Of a stretch of 64,000 nt of DNA, positions 24,556 through 37,029 are shown piece after piece. Position 1 is the stretch's first letter, and each line of letters begins with the position of its first letter. The notes below the pieces were generated by a model. It did no database searches. It saw only the letters and a list, made by a program, of their open reading frames with translations, and was not told the origin of the DNA. The position numbers and the translations under genes are program-made. This stretch comes from Azolla caroliniana (Eukaryota > Plantae > Polypodiophyta), in contig JBHGNT010000007.1 of NCBI GenBank assembly GCA_043228905.1, forward strand, positions 20,832,001 to 20,896,000, read 5' to 3'.

Positions 24556-24819
24556 TGTTGCACACGGTGCTCGGCCACAACCGAGGAATAGGATCAACTC
24601 ACAGAAAATAGGAAATACAAAGTACACGAAGACAATAGAGAGAAGAGTACACAGGATATTTTACGTGGAAAGCCCTAAATGGGAAAAAACCACGGGAGTC
24701 CTCAAACTCCAACTATCACTATGAACAGAGATTTACAATGGTGAAGCTTCAAGGCAACAACCTTGAGCTCACTGTCTTCGCCACAGGCGGCGGTAATACA
24801 CAGAGGCAACGACCTCCTC

Positions 24820-24866
<47 letters not shown>

Positions 24867-27800
24867 CTGCTCTCTTCACTCTCTCTAAGTGGAAAACAGA
24901 AAAATAAGCAACAACACGCTAAACTGTTTGCCCTAAGTCATATTTATACACATATGACTTTCGGGCTATTTACAAATATAGTCTCCGCATCCGGATCTCT
25001 CTCCGGGTACTTCGTCATCCGGCTCCGTAGCCGGGTCTTCGTCATCCGGCTCCGTAGCCGGGGTCTTCATCATCCGGCTCCGTAACCGGGTACTCTTCAT
25101 CCTCCGGTTCCGTAACCGGAACCAGGCCTGCCGTTATTCATCTCCGGACATCCCATCCGGAGGGACCGAAAATCCCAACAAACTCCCCCTTCACTTCGGC
25201 ATGGGATGTCTCTCCAATCCGATCCTCTTCCGGCATGCTTCCAGCTTGTCGGGTGTGAGCACCTTAGTCAGCATATCCGACCCGTTCTCGTCCGTGTGGA
25301 TCTTCGTCAGCACGAACTCCTTGTCTTCTATTCTTTCCCGGATCCAGTGGTATCTACGCTGGATGTGTTTCGTCCGGGAATGGTAGGCAACGTTCTTTTC
25401 AAGGTGGATGGCACTCTGACTGTCGCAGTAGAGTCGGTACTCCTCCTGCCGGATACCGAGCTCTCTAATGAAGTCCTTCATCCATATTATTTCCTTGCCG
25501 GCTTCAACGGCCGCCATGTACTCCGCCTCCGTGGTTGACAACGCAACCGTCTTCTGCAGCCTCAACTGCCATGAAACAGCTCCCCCTGCATACGTCATCA
25601 CATACCCTGATGTGGACCGGCTGGTATCTGCATCAGCCGACATATCCGAATCGGTAAAGCCGTCGAGTTCGGGCTTACCGGAGCCGAATCGGAGGCACAC
25701 GTTTGCCGTGCCCTTCAGGTATCGGAGTATCCACTTGGCCGCGTTCCAATGCTCTTTGCCGGGGTTGCTCATGTACCGGCTCACCACTCCGACTGCATAT
25801 CCTATGTCCGGTCGGGTGCACACCATTGCGTACATCAAGCTCCCGACGGCAGAGGCATATGGTACTTTCATCATGTCCTCCTTCTCAGCCTTTGTCTTGG
25901 GGCTTTGCTTGCTGGACAGCTTGCAGTTTGTCGGGAGTGTTGACCCGACCGGTCTTGCCTCCGACATGTTGAACCGGTGAAGCACCTTTGTCACGTACTT
26001 CTCCTGTGACAGCCACAACTGCTTCTTCTTCCGGTCCCGGATGATGTGCATCCCTAGTATTTGCCTCGCCGGACCCAGGTCTTTCATTGAGAAGGTTCGG
26101 TGAAGGGCCTTCTTCAGCATCCGTATCTTGACCTGGTCCCGTCCGACGATCAACATGTCGTCCACGTACAGGAGGAGTATTAGAAAGTCTCCTCCTTCGA
26201 ACTTCTTCACAAACACGCAGTGATCGGACTGCGTTTTGTGGTACCCTTCGTCTGTCATGAAGGAGTCGAACTTCCGGTACCATTGCCAGGGAGCCTGCTT
26301 CAGACCGTAAAGGCTCTTCTTCAACCGGCATACCAAGTGCTCCTTCCCTTTCTTCTCGAATCCTTCCGGTTGCTGCATGTAGATCTCTTCCTCGAGGTCA
26401 CTGTGAAGGAATGCCGTCTTCACGTCCATCTGTTCTACCTCGAGGTCCATGCTTGCCGCTATGCTCAGCACCGTCCGGATGGAGGTCATCTTCACTACCG
26501 GGGCAAATATCTCGTCGATGTCGACGCCCTTCTTCTGCTGAAACCCCTTCACCACGATCCTGGCTTTGTATCTCGGGGGGTTTCCGGCATCTCCCGGTTT
26601 CAGCTTGAACACCCACTTGTTACGGAGTGCCCGTTTTCCTTTCGGCAACTCCACAAGTTCATATGTGTGGTTCTCATGCAGGGAATCCATCTCCTCCTGC
26701 ATGGCACTTAACCACCTGCGGCTATGGGTGTCATGCTTCGCTTCTTCAAAGCTCTCCGGCTCCCCCTCGTCGGTTAGCAGCACGTGCTCTGGTTCCGGAA
26801 ATCTCCGGGGGGCCCTTCTCTCTCTTAGAGGATATCTCCGTTCCGGAGCTTCGGTAACCGGTTCTTCCGATTCTTCTTCATCCGAATCCATTTCGGGATC
26901 GGGGCCGGTTCCGGTATCATTTTCATCTTCTTCGGCCGGTTCTGTTTCTTCACCGTCTTCGGCCGGATCTTCGAGTGTTAACCGGTCCCTTGCCGGTCGG
27001 GACTGCTCCTCGTAGAGTTTATCCTCTCCGGTCGACTTGGAGCTCTTCATCTTCTTCTCCGACTCCCAGTCGGCGAGTGTCTTGTTCTCCATGAAGATGA
27101 TGTCGCAACTCCGGAATATCTTCTTGTCGACCAGGTCCCATACTCGGTAGCCAAACTCGTCGTCGCCGTAACCGAGGAATATGCATGGCCGGGTCTTTGG
27201 ATCTAGCTTTCCTCTCCGGTCCTTTGCCACATGCACATATGTGAGACACCCGAATACCTTCAGGTGCCGGTAGGACACTTCCTTACCGGTCCACACTCTC
27301 TGTGGCGTGTCTCCATCCAGGGGTACTGAGGGTGATCTATTTATCACATATGTCGCCGTCGACATTGCCTCAGCCCAAAATCCCTTGGGTAATTTCGCAT
27401 GTGCCAGCATACTCCGGACCCTCTCCATTATGGTCCGGTTCATCCTCTCGGCCAGCCCGTTCAGTTCCGGCGTCTTCGGCACAGTAAACTCGAGCCGGAT
27501 TCCCTTCGAGCGACAGTACTCTGCGAACTGCCCCCGGTATTCCCCTCCGTTATCCGCTCGTATCGCTTTCAGCTTCTTGCCGGATTCTCTTTCCACTCTC
27601 GCGTGGAGCTCTTTGAAGATGGACAATACTTGGTCCTTTGTCTTCAACGGTGCCGTCCACAGCTTCCGGCTATGGTCATCTATGAATGTTACGAAATACT
27701 GAGCTCCGCCATGTGACTTCGCTTCTACTTGACACACATCAGTGTGTACCAACTCCAATGGTGCGCTACGTCTCGTCAGTGGCCTTGAGTGGAAGGAGGT

Positions 27801-29902
27801 TCGGTTTTGCTTACCGGCCAGGCAATCGGTGCACTTCTCCAGGTGCACATGCTTCACTGGAATAAGGTTATCTTCTGCAAGCCTCTTCATCCCCTTCTCG
27901 CTCATGTGGCACAGTCTCTTGTGCCACAGCTCACCGGGAGTGTCAGCTGCCATGTTCAGCTCCTCCGGACATAGCCGGGAATTCATCAGGTACAGTGTGT
28001 TGACTTTCCGGGCCCGAGCCACTATCAAGCTCCCTTTGCTGAACTTCATAACACCGTTCCGGATGCTACCCGTGTAGCCTTCATCGTCTAGCCTCCCGGC
28101 CGAAATCAGGTTCAATCGAACCTCCGGAACGTGTCGGACATCCTTCAGCAGCATCTTGCATCCGGTTGATGTCATCAGCCACACGTCTCCTATGCCGGCA
28201 ATCCGGCATGTACCTTCATTTCCCATCCGGACACAGCCGTGCTCCCCGGCTGTGTAGGATGAGAAGTATTTCTTCTCCGGGGTCAGGTGGAACGACGCTC
28301 CGGAATCGACCACCCAGGTCATCTCTTCACCAGCAAGGTTCAGCTCCCTCTCTTCGGTAATGAGCATTATCTCTTCTTCACTTGCCGCGAGTGCCGTCGT
28401 TCCTTTCCGGTCCTGCCCTCGCCGATCCGGACCTCTCCGGTCCGTGGCTCCCCGGTATGCACCGTTTCTCTCCGGTGACTTCTTCGAATCGGTGTCGTCG
28501 GCTCCGTTGTCTTTTCGGTAATGCCGACAATTCTTCCGGAAGTGCCCCGGCTTCCCACAGTGGAAGCATGTGGGTCTTCCTCTTGACTGCGACCGGGTCC
28601 CCGACTTCTCCCGTCTTTGCGGACTCCGGTTCCATTGTCTTCCCCGTTCCGATTCGGTAAGCAGCGCCTTCGAGTCGGAGGCCGGTTCTTTATCTCTCCG
28701 ACGCGCTTCTTCGTTCAAAATACTTGTCTTTACCGTTTGTAGAGACAAGTTATCTTCGGTGCAGGAGGTGCTGAGAGTCACCACCAAGTTCTCCCAGCTT
28801 TCCGGCAGTGTACACATCAGAATGATGGCTTGCATTGCATCCTCCAACGGGAACTTGATCGCCGCAAGCTGGTTCACCAATCCCATGAACGTGCTTACGT
28901 GTTCCACCATACTCTCGCCGTCGCGGTACTTGAGGTTCACTATCTTCCTCATCAGGGAGGTCCGGTTCAACGCATTCTTCCTCTCGTAGAGACCTGACAG
29001 CTTCCGCCACATCTCGTATGCGTTGGTGTCGTTCGCCACATGTTGTAGAACGCTCACGTCGACGTATTGCCGAATGGTTGCAACGGCTTTCCAGTTCAGA
29101 AGCCTCCATTCCGTCTCAAGTACCCCCTTCGGTATTTCCGACCTGTCAATCGGTTCGTACAGGTCCCGAACAATCAGAAGATCCTCCATCTTGATCTTCC
29201 AGTCGGCGTAGTTCTGTGAGTTCAACACCATCATGCCCGGAGGCCCACTACCGCCGCCTTCCATTTTCTGTGTTAACCGTGCTCTGATACCACTTTGTTG
29301 CACACGGTGCTCGGCCACAACCGAGGAATAGGATCAACTCACAGAAAATAGGAAATACAAAGTACACGAAGACAATAGAGAGAAGAGTACACAGGATATT
29401 TTACGTGGAAAGCCCTAAATGGGAAAAAACCACGGGAGTCCTCAAACTCCAACTATCACTATGAACAGAGATTTACAATGGTGAAGCTTCAAGGCAACAA
29501 CCTTGAGCTCACTGTCTTCGCCACAGGCGGCGGTAATACACAGAGGCAACGACCTCCTCGTCTCTCTCTCTCTCTCTCTCTCTCTCGGCTGCTCTCTTCA
29601 CTCTCTCTAAGTGGAAAACAGAAAAATAAGCAACAACACGCTAAACTGTTTGCCCTAAGTCATATTTATACACATATGACTTTCGGGCTATTTACAAATA
29701 TAGTCTCCGCATCCGGATCTCTCTCCGGGTACTTCGTCATCCGGCTCCGTAGCCGGGTCTTCGTCATCCGGCTCCGTAGCCGGGGTCTTCATCATCCAGC
29801 TCCGTAACCGGGTACTCTTCATCCTCCGGTTCCGTAACCGGAACCAGGCCTGCCGTTATTCATCTCCGGACATCCCATCCGGAGGGACCGAAAATCCCAA
29901 CA
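24556..29902 (-). mobile_element. Full-length Ty1/copia LTR retrotransposon (Tnt1/Tork-like)
   Basis: LTRs 29296-29902 and 24556-25180, TG..CA; TSD GCTTG; PBS TGGTATCAGAGC (iMet) at 29281-92; PPT at 25181-25193. Confidence 0.97.
25191..29264 (-). CDS. Copia gag-pol polyprotein (GAG, zinc knuckle, PR, IN, RT, RNaseH)
   Basis: Single open frame from ATG 29264; CFHCGKPGHFRKNC, VDSGAS, WHKRLCH, DNGGEY, NGLAER, LLYVDD, FTDSD, SDMLTK. Confidence 0.95.
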   Translation of the reverse strand: MEGGGSGPPGMMVLNSQNYADWKIKMEDLLIVRDLYEPIDRSEIPKGVLETEWRLLNWKAVATIRQYVDVSVLQHVANDTNAYEMWRKLSGLYERKNALNRTSLMRKIVNLKYRDGESMVEHVSTFMGLVNQLAAIKFPLEDAMQAIILMCTLPESWENLVVTLSTSCTEDNLSLQTVKTSILNEEARRRDKEPASDSKALLTESERGRQWNRSPQRREKSGTRSQSRGRPTCFHCGKPGHFRKNCRHYRKDNGADDTDSKKSPERNGAYRGATDRRGPDRRGQDRKGTTALAASEEEIMLITEERELNLAGEEMTWVVDSGASFHLTPEKKYFSSYTAGEHGCVRMGNEGTCRIAGIGDVWLMTSTGCKMLLKDVRHVPEVRLNLISAGRLDDEGYTGSIRNGVMKFSKGSLIVARARKVNTLYLMNSRLCPEELNMAADTPGELWHKRLCHMSEKGMKRLAEDNLIPVKHVHLEKCTDCLAGKQNRTSFHSRPLTRRSAPLELVHTDVCQVEAKSHGGAQYFVTFIDDHSRKLWTAPLKTKDQVLSIFKELHARVERESGKKLKAIRADNGGEYRGQFAEYCRSKGIRLEFTVPKTPELNGLAERMNRTIMERVRSMLAHAKLPKGFWAEAMSTATYVINRSPSVPLDGDTPQRVWTGKEVSYRHLKVFGCLTYVHVAKDRRGKLDPKTRPCIFLGYGDDEFGYRVWDLVDKKIFRSCDIIFMENKTLADWESEKKMKSSKSTGEDKLYEEQSRPARDRLTLEDPAEDGEETEPAEEDENDTGTGPDPEMDSDEEESEEPVTEAPERRYPLRERRAPRRFPEPEHVLLTDEGEPESFEEAKHDTHSRRWLSAMQEEMDSLHENHTYELVELPKGKRALRNKWVFKLKPGDAGNPPRYKARIVVKGFQQKKGVDIDEIFAPVVKMTSIRTVLSIAASMDLEVEQMDVKTAFLHSDLEEEIYMQQPEGFEKKGKEHLVCRLKKSLYGLKQAPWQWYRKFDSFMTDEGYHKTQSDHCVFVKKFEGGDFLILLLYVDDMLIVGRDQVKIRMLKKALHRTFSMKDLGPARQILGMHIIRDRKKKQLWLSQEKYVTKVLHRFNMSEARPVGSTLPTNCKLSSKQSPKTKAEKEDMMKVPYASAVGSLMYAMVCTRPDIGYAVGVVSRYMSNPGKEHWNAAKWILRYLKGTANVCLRFGSGKPELDGFTDSDMSADADTSRSTSGYVMTYAGGAVSWQLRLQKTVALSTTEAEYMAAVEAGKEIIWMKDFIRELGIRQEEYRLYCDSQSAIHLEKNVAYHSRTKHIQRRYHWIRERIEDKEFVLTKIHTDENGSDMLTKVLTPDKLEACRKRIGLERHPMPK

Positions 29903-31399
29903 GCTTGTCCTAGCTCACCTAAATATAGAATGGATTCTAGTACTAAATCAATTGTACAACTAATTGCAGAATGAAGTGTGTGCTATGTTAGTACTAGCTC
30001 ACCTAAATATAGGATGAATTCTACTACTACACCACCAGTACACCTAAAGGTCTCCTGAAATGTGTATTATGCATGACCTAGCTCACCTAAATATAGAATG
30101 TATTCTAGTACTATACCAACTGTACAACTAATTGCATAATGAAGTGTGTACTATGTTAGTACTAGTTCACCTAAATACAGGATGGATTCTCGTACTACAC
30201 CAATTGTACACCTAAAGGTCTTCTAAAGTGTGTACTATGCTAGTACTAGCCCACCTAAATATAGAATGGATTCTAGTACTAAACTAATTGTACAACTAAT
30301 TGCAGAATGAAGTGTGGACTATGTTAGTACTACCTCACCTATATATAGGATGGATTCTAGTACTACACCAACTGTACACCTAAAGGTCTCCTAAAGTGTG
30401 TACTATGCTAGTACTAGCCCACCTAAATATATAATGGATTCTAGTACTAAACTAATTGTACAACTAATTGCAAAATGAAGTGTGTACTATGTTAGTACTA
30501 CCTCACCTAAATATCGGATGGATTCTAGTACTACACCAACTGTACACCTAAAGGTCTCCTAAAGTGTGTACTATGACTGTCCTAGCCCACCTAAATATAG
30601 AATGGGATTCAGTCAAACTAGCATGTTTAGTACTACAACAACTATACACCAACATGTAAAATTAGTTATGATGTATGCACAAGAACTAAACAACATAAAT
30701 ATCGCTGCACCATATAGTATATGGAGTGAAACCAGTACTAAACCATGAATTTTCTATTTTTTGGTATGAATTGTGACCTAAACCAATACTGAAGCAAATA
30801 TAAAATGGAATCAGAGAATACCAAAAACATAATAGTAGTATCATAGACCACATGAGTGAACTTTGAAACCCATAGCTAAGTACTATTCAGCTCCAATTGT
30901 ACTTTTACAATCCATACATGTATTTACTTTCTCAAAGTGGTACTAGCACATAGCGTATGATATGTGTGCAAACACAATGTAATTAGAACATCCATAACCT
31001 TGAGCTTGAATCCAAGGCCAGAGAATACACACTTAACACTTGGAGACACAAACTACAACATATTAGCTAAAGGAGAAAAATATAAACCATAGAAGGTAAA
31101 AGGAGAGATATGCTCAGAGGCATCCTGAGACTTCAAGCGAGTGTTTGTACTAGAGGACTCTCTATAATGTGATGACTAGTGACGAGTAAAGTCTTACCAA
31201 TCAATTTCAATCTCACTTGAACCTTACATGCAAAAGCACATGCGCTTCACCCTTTCTTTGGTGTGTGTCTATTTGCTTTCTTTGATGGGGGGTCCAAGTT
31301 CTTTCCTTTGTGGGTGTCTTCACTTCATCTTTGACTAGTGCCCTCTTCGTGGGTGTCTTCTAAAAAAGCTTCCACAACATAGTATTAACATAGTATACA

Positions 31400-32130
31400 T
31401 GTCATCACAAAATATCTAAATCTTGACTCGCAAATGAACACTGAGAAAAAAAAGAACAACAATTGCAACAACATCAACAAAAATGACAAGAACATGACAT
31501 AATAGTTGAGATCAAGAACAAAACACTTCTTGGACATGTCATCACAATAGTACTAAATGAGGCACCCTTTTCCAAGCCTAAACAAGTATAAGATTCATGT
31601 CTCAATTCTCGGATGAACACTAGAGAAAACAAGAACATCAACAAAAAGAACAACAACAACAACTATCTATAGAACAAGAGCAAGAACATCACCAAACATA
31701 CTCAACAAGAACATGTTGAGGAGCATAACATATACATATAACACCATATCATCATAGCACCCTCTTTCCATATGTGAACATGTACAAGACTCTCAAATGA
31801 ACACATTTGAAAAACAAGACGACAAACATACTCAACAAGAACATGTTGAGGAAGATAACATATAAATAACATCATATCATCATAACGCCCCCTTACCATA
31901 TGTGAACATGTACAAGACTCAAGCATATTTCTATACAAGACTCTCAAATGAACACATTTGAAAAACAAGACAAATGAAGAGCAAAAACAACAACAAACAT
32001 ACTCAATAAGAACATGTTGAGGAAGATAATATATAAATATCATCATATCATCATAGCACCCCCTTACTATAAGGAACATGTACAAGACTCAAGCATATTT
32101 CTATACAAGACTCTCAAATGAGCATTTACA
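31400..32130. repeat. A/C-rich degenerate repeat with ~130-190-bp internal duplications
   Basis: 'aaacatactcaacaagaacatgttgagga..catatcatcatagcaccc..gaacatgtacaagactc' three times (31695, 31825, 31995). Confidence 0.7.
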
Positions 32131-32793
32131 AACATAATCAACAAGACTATACCTCTTCTCGAATAGTTGAAACTTCTCAATGAATATGTGATAGAGTGAC
32201 AAGTTATTTGCCCAAAACTTGTTGTAGATCATGCAACAAAACCTACAATAGGAGGAGACCTGGATGTTGTGTCATTTGAAGAGGTCGTTGCATGCTCATT
32301 GTCGAGGGGTCACAGCAAGGACATCGAGCAAAGATGGTATGAACACAACAAGCAGAGGGGAAAGAGTGAGCAAAGAATGCCTGGTACACCATAGAGGGAT
32401 CACAACAACAAAGATCAGAGAACGCATGTTCACTGCAAATGGGTCACAACAACAACAAAGAGTAGAGAACACTTGTTCGCTCTGGATGATGGGACACAAC
32501 AAGCACCAGCAAGCAGAGATGGTGGGGACATGGTAAGCAAAGGGAACAAAGTGAGCAAAGAGCACCTTGAGGTTGCAGAAGGGTCAAAGCAAACAAAGAA
32601 CGTAGTTCCCTGGAGATGCAAACGGTCTGAAGCATCATCACAACTTGAACACCTCTGAATGTAGAAGAAGCAAAGAGAGATCTGAGAGAGAGGGATATTT
32701 GAGAAAGAGACAGACAAAGAGATAGAGACAAAGACAGAGACAGATCTGAGCGAGAGAAAGAGAGTAACTTGAACATCCACTATCGTGAGGTAG

Positions 32794-32840
<47 letters not shown>

Positions 32841-34599
32841 CACTCACTGTCAATTCGAGATCTTTAACAATTAAAGACTCTGTATAAGCACCTTCAACCT
32901 CCACTGGAATTGATTACATGAGGGACACTTGGATAGAGACATAACATTGGAAGGATCTGTGGATTTCTTGTTATTTTAAAATTTGAACCTATTATATGTG
33001 ACTTTTTTTTTTTTCATAAGTGATGGTCAACTTTTTAGTCACTTTTATTGGATTTATTTTAAATTGTAGTGTTTTTTCTCTGTAGCTTGCTTTCACCTTG
33101 TAAAGCCAAGAACTCCATGACTTCGAATGTCGTGCTGAACTATAATAGAGCCGAGAACTCATGGGCTATGACTGGCATTTCCGGGTATGCCATCATGACG
33201 TTGTCCAGGGTTAGGATGCCTTTTCCTCTCTCCATATTCCCGGTCAAGGACGATTGTGACCTTGGAATTTCATCAAAGGTCAATGTGGGTTCACCGTCTA
33301 TCAATGCCCCAAGTGAGGGTTGTGTTGTAGTGTCTTTTGCCAAGCCTTGGCCTTTTTCCGATTAAGTCGTCGTCGTTTGGTTTTGGGGCTATGCAGTTGT
33401 TCTTTTGCCTCCTAGTCTGTGGTGTGGACCGACATTTGTGCGTTTCGTGGCGTGGAGGACTTTGGTGGTCGGGTACTGCCTTCCTCTTCCCAAACTGAGG
33501 TGGTAAGGTCTTCGAGGTGTCATTTTTGCTAATGTTGGGATGGCGATGGCCGACACGAGCACGAAGCTGGGAGGGCCATTGGGGAAAACAATACAGTGAA
33601 GTATTATTGAATGATAGGACGGAGCTTCTTGCCGGCTTGGAAGGCATGGCGACCTTCGCACAAGGATGCCCCCATGATTACACCCCAATCGACGGTGTGT
33701 CCCTCAAAGGTCATGATAATGATCCTGACCTTCTATTTTGGCATATACCATATATGTTGAGATGAACACAGGTGACCTCCAACAGAAACTTGGTTATCTC
33801 TCGAAAGAATGGATCGGAGGCGAGCTTCATTCAATATGCCTTGGCGGAGAGTGAGTTTTCCCAAAATAATGCTCCAACACCTCCGTGGGGGGGATCTCGA
33901 AGTGGCATTACCTGGTGGGGCTTAGGCCTAGCTTCTTATAGATTGTGGCATTCGTAATAGTATCCAAGTTGATATGTGTTGCCATTTCGTGGTAGTTGGG
34001 GTGGGGTGGCGCTTTTGTCACTTTGATATATCCGGCTAGCCCGTGGTTGTTGAGCAACCATCTCAGAGCAAGGGAGATGTCGATAGTCATGGATGTCTTA
34101 GAGTCAGTTGAGCAGAGGAGTTATCTACGTGGAGAGAAGAGCGAGGAGAGTGTGCAGATAGTGTGTGAGAGTGTAAGCGAGGACGCAAAGCTTTTTCAGA
34201 GCAGAGACAGCGAGGAGAGCAAGTGGAGTGAGGAGAGCTTATGTGTAGTGCAAGGTTGGAGAGATGACTTAGTTTACCTTTTTGTGTGGTGGGAACAATA
34301 GTGTCCAAGATCCTTCGAGCCATGTCATCCACGTGTGGGAATTTAGAGAGTACTTGCTTTCTTGGTTTGCATGCCTACATGCAAAACCTTAAATATAGCT
34401 CTAAGTGCCTTTTTCGTTTTCTTTTTCTTTTTCTTTTTTTTCATACATAATAGCTATTAATAGTTTGCACTAATATTACACTATTTGACAATAGGGTCCA
34501 TATTAATGGAGGGTGGGTCCACCGCCCGAGGTTGATTTGGTAGGAAGTTGGCTGGCTTCTTTAATTGTTAACTCTACGGGATTTTCGAATAGATTTGGG

Positions 34600-36350
34600 G
34601 GTGTGGGTCCCGAGTAAGGTTTTAGTTAAAATCCGTTGAGCTTTTGTCGCAAAATTTCTCCGACTATAGTTCCTAGTTTGAAGGTGTTGTTTTCGACACC
34701 GACTATCTAGTATGGCCCTATCCACTGAAAACAGAGTTTGTCTGACATTTTCCCCATGGGTGTCTGGAACACGAGTACGGCCTTTCCGATTTCGAAAGCT
34801 TTTTCGTTTCCTCCCTAATGCCGGTCGACAAATGCTTTAAGATGGCGTTGTTCCTGTTCCAAAATCGCCATGCTTAGTACCCTACTTTCACTGATCTGTA
34901 CGCATAGACTCAAAAGGATAACCGGAATGGGGTGGATTGGATGTTGGTTTTAAAGCTTGTTCGATATGCCCAGATGGTGCTTTGAAGCTTCATGTCCTAG
35001 TTGGTGCGGTTTTCGTGGACAATCTTCAAAATGTTCTGTAAGGTTTTGTTCGTCGACTCCACCAGTCTGTTTTCCTAGGGGTAATACGGGGTGCTCTTCT
35101 TGTGAACTATGGTGTAGTGATCCATGAATCTGTGTACCACCTTATTGAGGAAATGGCCTCCTTGATCGCTTATGATTTCGATGGGGCATCCAAACCGACA
35201 CTAGATGTTTTCGTAAAGGAACTTTGCAGTGGACACCGCCGTGTTGTCACGTAAGGCTTTTGCTTCTACCCATGTCATGCAGTAATCTATCGTGACTACG
35301 ATATATCTGTTTCTTGTGCATGCTACGACTGGGGTGAATGGACTAATGAAGTCAAGGCCCCATTTTCGGAATCGTTCCAATGGCAATACGGGCTGATGAG
35401 GCATATGGGCCCATTCTGTGGCTTGGTCCATTCACCAGCATAAATCACATTGTCGGCAGTACGTATGGCCATCTTTCTGCATGGTTGGCCACGATAGGCC
35501 ACTTTGCCATATTTTCCTTGTTGTTGCTTCACCGTCGTAATGTCCCCTAGCTATTCCGCGATGTGCTTCCCGTAATATCTCTTCCTTTTCATCATGTCGA
35601 ATGCATCGCTACCAAATGTCGTCGCTCCCTTTGTGGTAAAGTGTGCCCTCTAGTAGGCAAATGTTTCGACTTTGTACTGTCAACCACTTCTTCTCGTCCA
35701 TTCTCATCCGTGGGGGAGGTAAGCCGGTGGTCAGGAAATGACTCATTTCTTCAAGCCATTTGTCTTCTAGCATCACCTTGTCCGTGTCGACCTTGCTTGC
35801 AGAAATTCATAAAATTCCACTATCCGGGAAATCGTCATCGCACCTCGCAGTGTCTTCACCATTCTCAATGTGGCTTAGGTAATCCGTGACATCGTGCTAA
35901 GTGCGTAGCCGATGCTGAATTTTGAATTCGAACTCTTGTAGTAATAGCATCCATCGAGCCAACTTCCCCATTAGCAACTGTTTCAAAACCAGATACAGGA
36001 GGGCTGCATGATCCACGTGGAACACGAACTTCCGGCCCAATAGGTAGTGTCAAAAATTTGTTGATACTATATATCACACCCAAGGTTTCTCGCTCAGTTG
36101 CTGAGTTATTCCATTCGGCTTTCAAAGTTTTTGGCTTGAATAGTAGATGAATCGATACCAGTTTGGCTCAGTTAGTTGCATGAGAGCGATGCTGATGGCA
36201 ATGTCCCACGCGTCGACAAATACATGGAATGGTGACATCCAATCCGGTGGTTGGATGACCGGTGCCATGTATGCCTTGTCTTTTAGGGCTATGTATGCCT
36301 TGTCCTCTATCTCTGTCCATTGGAATGGCATATCAATGACTTTTATCATT
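34600..36350 (-). pseudogene. Ty3/gypsy RNaseH-integrase remnant
   Basis: PFHVFVDA, SATERETL, FRKWGLDFI, WVEAKAL, SDQGGHF, STPYYP, WIGPY, LKPY with stops and frameshifts. Confidence 0.85.
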
Positions 36351-36589
36351 TTTTCTTTGGATATGGTTAGATGTGTAGGAATATTTCAATGACTTTATCA
36401 TTTTTTCTTTGGATGTGGCTACATGTGTAGGAATATCAATTGGGACTTATTGACCTTTTTTATGTCTTATTTGTATTTTCAATAAATAATTACACGTTTT
36501 ATTGAATGACACAATAATCCATGTATTCAATTTTGTTTCTTTATCTAGAATTTGGGGCTTGAAGTAATGAAGAAAAATAAAAATCCAAG

Positions 36590-36982
36590 TATACGTGAGA
36601 CACCATGACAAGAATAGAGGAAGGCATATATGAAACTCCTCCATGACAAAAACCACAGACTACTTGGCCGATGAGAGTAATGGTTACATAGCTATGTGGA
36701 AGTCTATTTTCTGCATTTAAGGTGGACTCTGTTATGTAAGCTTGTCCTTCTTGATGGGGAAGATGGCTGAAAAGCCATGAAGCGGCTGAGAGGCCGAACA
36801 AGAGTCAACTGGCAGAAACGGTTGAATGGGAGTAGGGTAACCGAAATCGGTTGAGAGGCCGAATGAGAGTCGGCCGAATGGTCGAATATATATATAGGAG
36901 TTAAGTTTTAGGTGTGTATTATCTCTGTGTGTAAGAGAAATATAGTTGCGAACTAGTGTAGAGTGTGAGTGTAGAACACAGA

Positions 36983-37029
<47 letters not shown>

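Larger units (their letters stand above)
24215..30610. repeat. 84-bp satellite with alternating A/B monomers (168-bp dimer), split by the copia (24215-24555 and 29903-30610)
   Basis: 'gaagtgtgtactatg' at 24285, 24369, 24453, 24537; monomers alternately end in 'caactaattgcagaat' and 'cacctaaaggtctcct'. Confidence 0.92.

Noticed and set aside
25201-29211. Numerous plus-strand ORFs over the copia
   Set aside because: Antisense shadows of GC-rich gag-pol.
29265-29318. N-terminal extension of copia ORF (1375-aa call)
   Set aside because: Starts inside the LTR and crosses the PBS; the ATG at 29264 is the plausible start.
33140-34100. Possible host gene on the minus strand
   Set aside because: Fragmented frames with no recognisable domain, lying downstream of a gypsy integrase; probably an accessory ORF remnant.
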